A DNA stretch of 64,000 nt, from the NCBI GenBank assembly GCA_039096225.1, contig JBBPEB010000021.1, positions 744,001 to 808,000 of the forward strand. The letters run 5' to 3'. The position numbers and the translations under genes are program-made. Shown in pieces: positions 45,281 through 64,000 of the stretch. How positions within the stretch are numbered: position 1 is the first letter of the stretch; each line of letters opens with the position of its first letter. This DNA is from Blastocystis sp. Blastoise. Lineage: Eukaryota > Protista > Bigyra: Opalinata. A model generated the notes under the pieces. The model worked only from the letters and a program-made list of their open reading frames with translations. It had not been told where the DNA came from and ran no database searches.

Positions 45281-48200
45281 CATTAGAAGTGTCTACAAAT
45301 GATGGAACTGTTTCTATATTTATATTAAATATATCATTTTTATCTTCTTCTTTCTTAATTTCTTTATCACTATTCATAGAATCATATATTAATGGTGAAT
45401 CAACTATATTAATTTTTTCTTTCTTTTGTTTTTCTATTTCATTAGATATAAATATAGGTGAATCAGATGGCATTGATTCTAAAAATGGATTATCATCTGT
45501 AAATATTGATGATTCACTAGATTTATTATTATTATTTGTATTATTATTATTATTATTATTATTCATATTATTATTATCATTATTAATATCCATAATAATA
45601 TTATTATCATTATTATTCATATTATCATTATTATTCATCATATTATCATTATTAATATCCATAATAATATTATCATTATCATTCTTAATATCAGATGTAT
45701 TATTAAGGAAATCAGTGGTTTCTACATATATATTCGATTCATTCTCTTTTGGTATATCATCAAGAGTTTCTTTATATTTATCTTCCTGAATTGTATTTAT
45801 AACAATATCATTAGATATTATACTATTATCAGATTGATTATTGGATGGATTTTCATTAGCTATATTATTATTATTATTATTATTATTCATATTTGATTTC
45901 TTAGTTTCTTTCTTACTAAATAAATTTTTAACATTATTAAATGTTTTATTCATATTTTCTTTTATATCTTCTTTATTTATATCAGAAAGAGGGGTCAAAT
46001 TCTTTTTCTCTTTATTAAATAAATTCTTCATTCCATCCATAGCTTTATTCATATTATTCTTTATATTACTATTATTATTATTATTATTATCTTTCTTATC
46101 ATCTGTAGCTATAAACATGTCTTCTAATATATTTTCATCTTTATTCACAGGAATATTTTCTTTTATAGATTTTTCTTTTGATATTATATCAATTTGATTT
46201 ATAGATGTATTTTCTTCTTTATTATTCTTTGTAATAGAATTAATTCCTTTCTTAAAGAAATTTAATGCACCTTTTCCAATTTCTTTAAATTCTTTAATAT
46301 CTTTCTTTTGTTTTATTTCTTCTTTTTTATTTTCTTCTTCTTCTAATATATCACCTATATTCAAATGAAGTGATTCATTTGAATTTTCATCTTTTTCTAT
46401 ATCGGTATTTATTAACATTTTCTCTTGATTTATAGAATTATTATCATTATTATCAATAATATTATTATTATCAATAATATTATTATTATCAATAATATTA
46501 TTATTATTACTATTATTATCATTATTATCAAATAATAAAGAATCTGAGTTTGTTGGAATTAAATTAAAATCATTATTATCTATAGTATTCTCTATTATAT
46601 TTGTAGATATAGGTGATTTTAAAGAATCATTATCAAAAAATGATTGATCTGTTATTAATGAATTAGAAATAATCTTATCATTCTCCATAATATTATTATT
46701 CTCTATAATATTATTATTCTCCATAATATTATTATTCTCCATAATATTATTATTCTCCATAATATTATTATTCTCTATAATATTATCATCAGAAACAAGA
46801 GTAGTAGATTGAGTTGTTACTGGCGTTTCTTCATAAAATAATGAATCTAATGAATTATCATAAGAAACAGGGATAGCAGTAGCAGCAGTAGAAGTAATTA
46901 TAGAATTAGTATCAGTAGCTATATTATATTCATTTTTATTATTTTCTATTTGATTATTAAGTGTATCCTTATTACTTATATTTGTAGAAGAAATAGATAT
47001 AGGTACTTCTTTTTCTCTTTCTTCTTTGGGTGTATCAAACATAGAAGATAATGTTGTAGTTTCAATAGAACTATTATCAACAGAAATAGGATTCTCTATT
47101 GATATATTTTCTAATGAATTATTTTTTATATCATTATCAATAATTGTTTGACTATCAATGTTAGTAATATTACTAGTATTATTATCATTATTTATATTAT
47201 TATCTATATTATTATTATCATTATTATCATTATTAATACTATCAATGATATTTACAGATGTATTTTTAGTGTTTTCAATAGAATTATTTATATCTGATAA
47301 ATCTATAGGAATAGTAGTACTTTCAGTAGTTACATTAGTTACATCAGTAGTATTAGGAATATTACTCATATCTGTAGATATATCATTAGGAATAGGACTA
47401 GGAATACTAGTAAAACCAAAAGGATCTTCAATTACTTCTGATAATAATGATGATTTTCTTGATATACTCTTAGATTCAATAGGAACAGTAGATATATCAT
47501 TTATATTGGATATATCTTTTTCTAGAATTAATGAAGATTCTATTGTTTTTTCTGAATCATTAGTATTCTCACTTAAAGTATTTGAAATAGTATCTATATT
47601 ATTATTAATAAATAGACAAGACTCATTGTTATCTATACTAAATGGATCTAAAATTGGCTGATTAGAAGAAGATATAGGTATATCTGAAGATATATTAATA
47701 GTAGTAGGATCTTTGATAGTATTCTCAGTTGTAATAATAATATTATTATTATTATTATTAGATTCACTGCTATTAGATAGAATATCATTATTCTCACTAT
47801 TCGATATAGTTTCATTATTATTTTTGATGTCTTCACTATCTATAAAATTATTTGAAGAAGTTATTTCATCTTTATCATATTCCATAATATCAACTTCTTT
47901 ATTATTCTTATCATTCTCTTCATCAAATCTTATAGTATTGTTTATTGAAGACTCAACATTATCAGATAGTATAGTATTATTTATATCGTTATTTATATCT
48001 ATATTAACAGCATCAACTTTTGATACAATATCAGTATTATTATTAGTATCATTATCATTATTAAATGGATTTAATACTATATCTTTAGAATCATTGGATG
48101 ATTGAATATCAGATGAACCAATAGTATTATCATTAGTAGAAGTATTATTAGTAGTATCATCAGTAATAACATTTGAATTATTAATTATATTATTAGTATC

Positions 48201-50572
48201 ATTAATAATGTTATTATTATCATCAATAATATTATTAGTATCATTAATAATATGATTATTATGAATATTATTTTCTGTTGTCAGATTTTGAACTGGTTCA
48301 TCAAATGGATTTAATGATAGAGGAATAGAAACATCAGGAACGTTATCTATACTTATAGTATCAACTTTATTGTTATCATTATTTACAGTATCAATTATAC
48401 TCTTATCAATTATATTATGATCAATTATATTATTATTCATACTATTTATCTCTTTATCAACATTATTAGTTTCATTATTATTGATACTGTTATCACTAGA
48501 TATAATAGTATCAGATATTGTATCATTAACGATAGCATTATTATCTATATATATAGTATCGAGACTATTTTGATTATTCTCATTAATAGATTTTATTTCT
48601 TGAGAAACAGGAGTATCAATAACTACAGGATTATCAACAGGAGTAATTTCATTAACTATACTATTATTTATAGTAGTAGTAGTATCACTATTATTATTAT
48701 ACTCTATAGGTGTATTTATATCAGAAGAAACAGGAGTCATATCAGGCTCAGAAATAGGTGTTAACGATAAATTATTATTATTATTATCTTTTTTACTCTT
48801 TTTATTAAATAAATTTTTAAATCCTTTTGTTTTTGTTGAAGTATTTTTTAACAGTTCTTTAGCTTTATTACCAAATATAGATATAGATTTCTTTGCATTC
48901 TGAACAAGATCTTCTTTTGAATGGTCTATTTTTGAATCATTTGAAATTGAAGATGAAATAGAAGATGATGAAATTGTAGAATGAACAGAAATACTATCAT
49001 TTGAATATCTTTCATTAGTATCTTGTTGAATAGGAATAGAAGTAGATATAGAATCATCAAAAGGATTTTTTGATTCTATTGTAATATCATTATTATTAGT
49101 ATTAGTATTATCTATATTTTGAGATTGAATTAAAGATAATGTTTCATTAGTTATTGGTTTAATTATAGATTCAATTATATCATTATTCATATTATTATTA
49201 TTTATAATATTATCCACAAATTCTTTCTTAGATGAATCCTCTAATAATTTATGATTCTCTTCTTTTCCTTGTATTTCGCTTGAAGAATCAATAACAATAT
49301 TTGTATTATTATTCTCCTCAAATAAATTCTTTATATTTATTTCTTTTTCTTTTTCTTTTTCTTTTTCTTCTTCTTTCTCTTCAACATTCATAACATCAAA
49401 TGGATTTGTAGTCGTAATATCTTGATTATTAATATTATCATTATTATTGTTATTATTATCTTTTATTTCATCATTTTGTTCTTCCACAATATCAAATGGA
49501 TTCTTATTATTACTATTTAGCTCTTTTTTATCTTCTTTTTCTTCTTCTACCATATCAAATGGATTCTTATTATTATCTTTTTCATCTTCTTCTTCTACAA
49601 TATCAAATGGATTCTTATTATTACTACTATTATCTTCTTTATCATCTTCTATCTTCTTTTTTTCTTCTTCGTTAATGTCATTTATAGCTTTGTCTTCTTC
49701 TTTAATAATATTTGTATTAGTTAATATTAAACAATCATCTTTATTACTACTATTACTATCAGGACGAGGAGAAGTACAAGGACTTACAACTGGACTTACA
49801 ACTGGACTATTCATAGGAGATATTACATCCTTATTATTATTATTATTTGCCTTTTTAGATTTTGTTTTATCTGATTTCTTTAATAAACCACTAAAAAAAT
49901 TACTTTTCTTTTTATTATTATTATTTGAATCATTATCTATAGGTGAAAGAGGAATAGGAGAAGTAGTAGTAGTATTATTATCCATATATATAGTTGGAGG
50001 TGCATTTAATAATAATTCTAATTCTTTTTGTTCACGTTCAATTCTTTCTTTTTCTATTAATTCTTTTTGTTTTAATTCTTTATATTGTTTAAATAAATCT
50101 TTATATCCTTTTTTTAAATATATAGGATGATATAATGGATTATATATATAACTATCTTCTCTTTCTAAACCACATTGAGTTATATACTTATGTAAATCTA
50201 ACTATATATATTATATATTATATTACTTATTATTATATTATTATATTATTACATTATGTATTATATATAATATACTCTTAATTGTTCATAACGTTGAGAT
50301 TTCTTCTTTTTCTCTTCTCCCGCGGGTTCTTCATCTAATTCATCCATTAAACGCCATATATTATCTTGTAATATATATAAACTACCATAATCATTTATAT
50401 CTATACTATATTGAACAGCTTTCTCATATTCACCAATAAGTACACAATAATATAAAGCTAATGGTTTATTTTTATCCATATTAATATTCTTCAAATAATA
50501 TAATAATTCTTCATCATTATTTCGTATATAACAAGCATGTAAAAATAACTATAAATAAATAATATTTTAAAC

Positions 50573-50630
<58 letters not shown>

Positions 50631-51491
50631 TTCAATTGGCATGTTATTACCCTGTGTTTGATATATTTTACGCATAGCAGGCCAATTACCGATTTTCCCG
50701 TGGGAATTCACAAATATTTGTTGATAACGTTGATCTGTTATACCATATAAATTCTTAATTTTATATATATATATATATATAGTTATCATTATAAAAATAG
50801 AGTAATAAATAATATATATATTTATATATATATATACTTTATAGCTACTTCATCAGAACTACTATGTTGTCTTGTTAAACAACTATATATACAGCTATAT
50901 ACAGGTAAATGAACCAAAGATTGACTGAAATAATCCTGAATTTGGATTAATTTGGATTCATTTATAATCATCTATAAAAATTTATAAAGATATATATATT
51001 ATTACAGTAATATGTATAATATATGTTAATATGAAAAATAATAAATAATAATACATATAAATATATATATACTTCTTTTTCAAATATATATTCAGAATCT
51101 TTTGTTTCACGATCAGCTTTTTGTAATACATTTAACTATATATATATAATAATAATAATAATAAATATATATATATACTTGATCTTCAATATTATTTCTA
51201 TCTTCAACATGAATATATTGTTTTATATAATTATATATTAATGGTTTTTGAATAGCTATAGATATAATAATAATAATTATTATATATATATATATATACA
51301 ATGGAACATATAATAATCTTCAACAACTCCTGGATTCACATCATTATATATATTAATAAATACATTTTCAGCTTCAGGATAATTATATATATAAGTAAAC
51401 CATTGATCTCCATCCATTCTTTATATATATATATATATATTCTTTATTTAATCTTATATATATATATATATATATATATTCTTTATTTAAT

Positions 51492-51536
<45 letters not shown>

Positions 51537-54500
51537 TTAGTATAATCAATAACCATATATATATAATCACTAATACAACTTTCAATTGCTTTCTCCATTG
51601 CTTTAAATATTTCTCCAATCTTTAAGAATCCTAAAATAGCAGTAAAAACATCTTTTTCATGTTCAATTAATTGTGTAGCTATATCTGGTTTCTCTTTATA
51701 TATAAATAATGCTAATGAAGTTAAAGGTATATTTAAATGTATAAGAGAAGGTAATAAGGATGTTGTTATTGACTCATTCTCTCCTAATGATGATATCTAT
51801 ATATATATATAATTATACTTTATTATGAATTGTTAATATATATATAATTTTAGTTAATTATTATATTTATAATTATATATTTTAATATATAATACATTAT
51901 AATTTTATTATATATTTTCTGTTTAATAATATATTTAATTATAAATATACTTTCTTTTTCGCCCAATCAGTAATAATAATAGACATTAATTTTTCACCAT
52001 TTTCAACAGATTTCAGTTTAAGTTGTAATATAGTATAAGCACATATATGCTGGTCAATATAGATAAGTCTACTTAATAGAGAAGGAAGAGTAAGAGACTG
52101 AAATAATGGATATGTTAAAGGAAAACCAATCTATATATTATTATATGTTCATTATATTATTATTATATGTTTATTATTATTATTATTATATGTTCATTAT
52201 ATTATTATATTTATTATTATTAATAATAATATTATTATATTTATTATTATTATTATTAAATGTATATTTTTATTATTATATACTTGTTTAAGAGTAAATA
52301 ATATTCTTATATCAATACATATTTCTCGAACACGATCTGCTATTTCATGTCTATATATATATATAATATATATATAATATATATATATATAATATATATA
52401 TACCTTGTTTTATAATCACGTATAAATCGAAGTCCAAAAGATACCTATATATATTTATAATAATGATAATAATAATATATACCGCATTTAAAAGATATTT
52501 TCTTTGTTTCATATCAATACACCATAAACTTAACTATATATATATAAATATATAAAGCAAAATTGATTAAATATATATATATATATATATATATACATCT
52601 AATAATTGATTTAATCCTTCCTTAAGGCCTTCCGTGGGAATATCTTCAATTCGGCCTAAAAATCGTTTTTTATCATGTAAATATTGTTCATATAATTGAA
52701 TAATTATTTTTGGCATATTTGAAATAGTTACTGGTATTTTTAAATGAATATCACTTTTTGGTACACTTTTATTTTTACGTATATATATACTTTCATTTGG
52801 AAATATTAATTTTAATCCATCTGTTTCCTATATATATAGTGTTACATATATATATATATATATATACTTGAGATAGAATACAAGGTAAATCAAAATCAAG
52901 TGTATCATAACTACCATATACACCTATCTATATATATATATATTTATAAATATATATTTAATAATTATAATAAACATAAATATATAATAATACATATATA
53001 CAATAAGTAATCCATAAGTATTTTCTTCTTCTCTCCATAGTGGATTCTTCATATATATACCAATACATTCATCATCAACCCAACCCATATCTAAAATCTC
53101 TTCATTCCCGTGGAAATCTATTTTTATTTTAGTTAATGTATATTTAAAATTTGGATCTGATATAGTTAAATAAGAAGATGATAATAAAGCAATTAATGCA
53201 CCATAAGGATGTAACCGCGAATATTTTGGTATTTCTATTGGAATCATATTACCTTCATCATCAAATTCAGGTGACTATATATATATTAATAGTTAGATAA
53301 GGAATAATAAATAGAATAAATAGAATAAATAGAATAAATAGAATAAATAGAATAAATATTTATAAATAGAATAAATAGAATAAATAGAATAAATAGAATA
53401 AATAAAATAAATAAAATAAATAAAATAAATAGAATAAATAGAATAAATAAAATAAATAAAATAAATAGAATAAATAAAATAAATAAAATAAATAGAATAA
53501 ATAGAATAAATAGAATAAATAGAATAAATAGAATAAATAGAATAAATAGAATAAATAAAATAAATAAAATAAATAGAATAAATAGAATAAATAGAATAAA
53601 TAGAATAAATAGAATAAATAGAATAAATAGAATAAATAGAATAAATAGAATAAATAGAATAATTATAATAAATAGAATAAATATTTATAAATAGAATAAA
53701 TAGAATAAATAAAATAAATAGAATAAATAGAATAAATAGAATAAATAGAATAATTATAATAAATAGAATAAATAGAATAAATAGAATAAATAGAATAAAT
53801 AAAATAAATAGAATAATTATAATAAATAGAATAAATAGAATAAATAGAATAAATAAAATAAATAGAATAAATAAAATAATTATAATAAATAGAATAAATA
53901 AAATAAATAGAATAAATAGAATAAATAGAATAAATAGAATAAATAAAATAAATAAAATAAATAGAAAAAATAGAAAAAATTATAATAAACACCTATATAT
54001 ACCATAAAATATTGCATTCCCATGTTAGATTCATTTAATATAAACATAGATCCGGCCATCATACCATTTCCTGGTACTAAGATACCTTGTACGGATAACG
54101 AAGAATTACAAAATGCAGGTAAAGCATCCAATAAAGATAATGATGAATTCCTATATATATATAAATATATATCTAACAATACATTAACAATAACCACTTA
54201 ATTTCAATTGAAATATATATAAATATATAAAATAATTATATATACTGTTCACTAATAGGAATTGCAGGTGCAGTTCGAGGTGGATATACATTAATTTCTT
54301 TAATAATTTTTAATTGATAATTACTTGTGAGCATAACTAATGATGAATCAAGTATTTTAGCAGATAAAATCGTAATTTCATTGTCAACGTCTTCTTCAGA
54401 AAGAATTTCATACATTTGACTAGCAGTACCATCAATTGAATAAGTAAGACCTCTACCATTAGATAATATAATATTCAATACAACATTTCTTGTCCATCCC

Positions 54501-54709
54501 ATAGCCACAATATCATAATCATCAGGAAAGTAATCTTTTAAAATCAATTTACCAGTTGCAAAATATATAGCAAATGTTCTATCTGAATTATTCTTCTTAG
54601 GTGCAATCGCAATAGGTCCAGCAAAATTAGAAGCTGCAACATAACAATTGTCAAAAGATGAAACAGACCATTCCATCTTACATAACAATGACTTATCCCA
54701 TGGTTCCAT
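42606..54709 (-). CDS. VPS16: VPS16 (HOPS/CORVET subunit) with a ~2,530-aa low-complexity C-terminal extension (~15 exons)
   Basis: Vps16-type segments CKMEW...VAASNFAGPIAI, MGWV, QETDG, LLNAVSFG, IGFPLTY, KAIES..DYIYMV, YGITDQRY. The last core exon splices in phase 0 to an open exon 50201-42606. Confidence 0.85.
53305..53985. repeat. (AATAAATAG/AATAAATAA)n 9-bp tandem array, ~680 bp, inside a VPS16 intron
   Basis: Visible tandem array between exons ending QYFM and starting SPEFDDEG. Confidence 0.95.
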
Positions 54710-55438
54710 TTCTAGCAACTATTCTTTATTTTATTTAAATTGTGAAATAAACAGATATTGAGATATTTATATTTAAGAAAATGAAATCCAAAAAGACAAA
54801 GATTTTCTGTGTTTATTTGTAGATAATTATGATTATCGTGTAGTTTCATTTATTATCACAAATGTTTCTTTTTAATTAAGTATCAACATGTATAACATCA
54901 ATACAGTTGATAGATCAAGATTTTTAATTCAAAATCTAGTTGATATGAAAAACAGAAGAACAATTATTTTTAAGTAATTATATTGTTTTATTATAATATT
55001 CATATGAATGATTGTATTCAATAAGAATTTATTTACTTTTAATATCTAAATAAAAATACCATCTTTTTATTCCATTATTCATATGTGTCTTCCATCTCAT
55101 CATACTCTTATTAGTTTTTAATATCATCATGAAAACATAGAAATTATTGTTATTTTATGGCCACAATATTATATCATTTTAACAACAATACACGTTTACC
55201 GCCATTCATCTTTCTAATGATTTAGATCTATTTACAGTTTCTCATATTCTGTCATACATCTAGGATTCGTTAAAAGCATTATAATACAATATATATCAAA
55301 CAATATACTCAAAATTCTTACAATTCCCTAAAAATATTCATAGATTAATACATACTACATATATAATTCATAAATAGTTTTAAGAGCCCTATATACATAG
55401 AATTTAACAAATAATTAATGAATAAAATATTTTGAAAA

Positions 55439-55446
55439 GCGGGAAA
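55439..55446 (-). promoter_or_regulatory. E2F-type site TTTCCCGC between divergent VPS16 and TPP1-like genes
   Basis: Exact canonical E2F octamer about 130 bp upstream of ATG 55579 in very AT-rich DNA. Function untested. Confidence 0.35.
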
Positions 55447-55578
55447 TGTGTTGAAACACCTTTAATATTTATGATTTCCCCTAAAACAAAAAAGAAATTA
55501 ATAAAAAAAATAATTTATTTTTTATTCTCTATTTTATAAGCTTATTGATCGATATTTCATTGAATAGATTAATTAAGA

Positions 55579-60984
<5,406 letters not shown>

Positions 60985-61348
60985 TCATTATTTTTATTAG
61001 CATATGTATTTATTACAATATTATTTTATTTTTATTTTTCATTTTTTTTTTGATAATTATTATATATTTATTTCTTAATAATAAATTAGCTTATTTTTTA
61101 ATTGAATTTAATTTGTTGGACTTTATCTTTAATAATAATAAAACAAAAAACAAATGAGTAGTACATTATTATTTAATATACCCAACATAAAAACAACATA
61201 AAAAAATAAAAAGATAATCCATAAGAAGTATAACTATTATTATATATATACTATTATTGATACTTTAAAAAGTAGTATCAAAATAAGAAAAAAATGTTTC
61301 AAGATATAAATAAATAATTATTTAATATATATATATATATTAAATAAT

Positions 61349-64000
61349 TTAGTTAATACCTAATTGATTCTTAATACGAATAACTAATCTCCAATAATCA
61401 TCATTCATTTCTTTCTTAAAATTCTCCTTTAAAGCATCAATACTAGAACGAGATATCTATATATATATATATATATTATTATTATTATTATTAGTTTATT
61501 TTATTATTATTATTATTATTATATACTAAATATAAAATAATATTTAACTATATATATATATATACATAAGAAGTAAGAAGAGCATCATCATCAAATTGTC
61601 TTCCAACCATAATATTACTCTGATCTTCTTTTTGTTCTATAGAAATAGCTACACTCTTACCTGCAGTAGCTTCTTGTAATGCCTTATGATCCATCTCAAT
61701 TGTACGAACTGTACCAATAAATAAAGCTTTAGCTTTCTATATATATATATATATATTTAATGTGTATAAAACTAATAAAAAAATGTCATAAAATATAAAA
61801 AAATAATAAAAATATAAATAAAAATATAAATATAAATATACTTTAATAACTTCTTTCTTTTGAGTAATAACAGTAGGATCATTATCAATACCCATAATGC
61901 CTTCTTTTTCTTCTTCTTTAATAACTTCTTGTTCTTCTTTTTTAATTACATATAAAGGTGTATTTGGTTTTAATACTCCTTCAACTACATCTACACCTAT
62001 TACAATAGGATTATTTCTATTAAATATATATTGAGGAATAATCTTAAGTACACAAGGGAATATAGCTTTTTGTCTTGTACTTTCTTTTTTACTTTCTTGT
62101 ATACCTTCAATATATTCAGTAAATTGATCAAATAAATGATAAATAATATCAGCAGTGAATATACGTATACCTTCATCTTGAGCATATTGAGCAGCATCAG
62201 GAGTAATCTTGACATCAAATGCTAATATACAAGCATATCTATAGATATATATATATTATTATTATTTTGTTTATTATTATTAATGTTTATTTATTGTTCT
62301 TATTTATAATGAATTGTTATTCAATATATAATAATAATATATAATAATAATATATAATAATAATATATAATAATATATAATATAATAATATATAATAATA
62401 TATAATAATATATAATAATATATAATAATATATAATATATAATAATAATATATAATATAATAATATACTCAGGTTTCTTTTCTAGTTGAACAGAAGCTTG
62501 TATAACATCTCTACGATGAAGTGGACCAATATTAAATCCAGCTACAGGAATTGGGGGTTTACAATTATTTAAGAATTCTAAAAGAGCTTCTAAAGAACCA
62601 ATAGTAGATGCTTGTACATAGACACCTTCTTCATTTCTCTTTAATAAACGACGGAATTTATTTAAATCAGCCATAACAGCATCCTATATTCATATATTAA
62701 TATTCATATATTAATATTTATATATTAATATAATTAAATCAATTAAATCAATTATATTTATATTAATATATATATATATATACCTTTAATTCTTCAAGAT
62801 AATCCTCGGGAGTACATACAAATAAAGGACTACCTGCTACAGCATCTTCTAAACCATTAGCAGCAATCTTTATACCTAAAGCAGCCTTTATTTGATCATA
62901 TTTCTTAAAGGAACACTATATATATAATTATTGTTATTAATATATTTATAATAATACATATAATAATAATTATTATTATTATATTTATAATACATGGATA
63001 ATAAATATAATAATTATAATAAATATAATAAATATAATAAATATAATAAATATAATAAATATAATAAATATAATAAATATAATAAACATAAATATACTTT
63101 AACTCTAGCATCTCTCATAGGTTCTGGTGTTAATAATGCTCGAATAGTAGTAACAATAGGTCCATTTAATCCACAAACGACTATAGTATCCCCTACATGT
63201 AATGTACCATTAATAAGAATAACATCTAAGGTTAAACCTAATCCTTCATCTACTTTCTTTTCTAATACAGTACATTGAATACTATCAACATAAGCTAATT
63301 TCTTAGCTAAATGATCTTGAGATAATTTTATTAATAATCCTAATAAATCAGGTAAACCTTCACCTGTATGAGCAGAAGTAGGTACTAAAGAAACAGTATT
63401 TTTAAAATCATCATTATTCCAATATAAAGATGCATTTAAACCACGTTGCATAAACTCAGTTATTACTTGCTTTGTACGATTCTCAAATTCTTCTTGGGTA
63501 TATTTAGGCTATAGAAAATATATTATTTATTATTATTATTATTATTATTTTCATTTTTATTAATATTATTATTAATATTATTACTATTATTATTATTACT
63601 ATTATTATTATTACTATTATTATATTTATTATTATTATATATATGTACTTGTTTAGCAAATGAATCTCTAAATGAATTATCTTTATGAACTTCCCAACCA
63701 TACATTCTATCAATCTATATATATATATATATATATATTATAATAATAAAAATAAGAATAAGAAGAATAAGAATAACATAATAATAAGTATATATACTTT
63801 ATTAAGAGCAACAATAAAAGGACATTTCTTTTCTAATAACATATTTAAGCTTTCAATAGTTTGGTTTTCAAGTCCGTGCATAATATCGACTACTAAAACA
63901 GCTATATCGCACATACTACTACCTCTACTTCTAAGATTACTAAAGGATTCATGTCCCGGGGTATCAATAACTAATAAACCAGGTACTTTATAAGGAACAT
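61349..64000 (-). CDS. EIF5B: Eukaryotic translation initiation factor 5B (5' part outside the window)
   Basis: [88 protein letters not shown]. Confidence 0.97.

Noticed and set aside
43408-50130. Plus-strand Leu/Ser-rich ORFs that look like membrane proteins
   Set aside because: Antisense shadows of the Asn/Asp-rich VPS16 tail exon. The same applies to the minus-strand ORFs at 56967-60419 and 9556-9891.
53305-53985. Tandem array as CRISPR or telomere
   Set aside because: No spacers, not G-rich, and it lies within a spliceosomal intron.

Overview
This window is very AT-rich, intron-dense eukaryotic (protist) DNA with about 19 protein-coding loci, assembled here by hand from the exon ORFs and splice junctions. 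The gene content and the presence of a minor (U12) intron suggest a Blastocystis-like stramenopile, but this is inference. Genes in order: DCR2/PAP-type metallophosphoesterase (partial), mitochondrial MnmA, J-like/TMEM185-type membrane protein, MUS81, RsfS/MALSU1, GT49 glycosyltransferase, GPN1, BTB-TLDc #1, dynactin p62, tail-anchored coiled-coil protein, Nop6-like RRM protein, NEMP-like protein, a BTB pseudogene, a Myb-like protein, BTB-TLDc #2 and #3, VPS16, a TPP1/Est3-like OB-fold protein and eIF5B (partial). Main observations: (1) many introns open with GT(AT)n and close with (AT)nAG, so their ends are self-complementary and there is no polypyrimidine tract; (2) three junctions in conserved genes need non-canonical sites (two GT-AA, one AT-AG or GA-AG), all explicable by A standing in for the consensus G; (3) a clear AT-AC U12 intron in DCTN4; (4) VPS16 spliced in frame to a 7.6-kb exon encoding a ~2,530-aa disordered tail with NPF/DPF endocytic motifs; (5) an intact non-autonomous Mutator-like element with 206-bp TIRs and a 9-bp TSD; (6) a shelterin TPP1-like gene with a very large low-complexity region. 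Most short ORFs in the supplied track are microsatellite or antisense artefacts. No rRNA, tRNA or CRISPR array was recognised.
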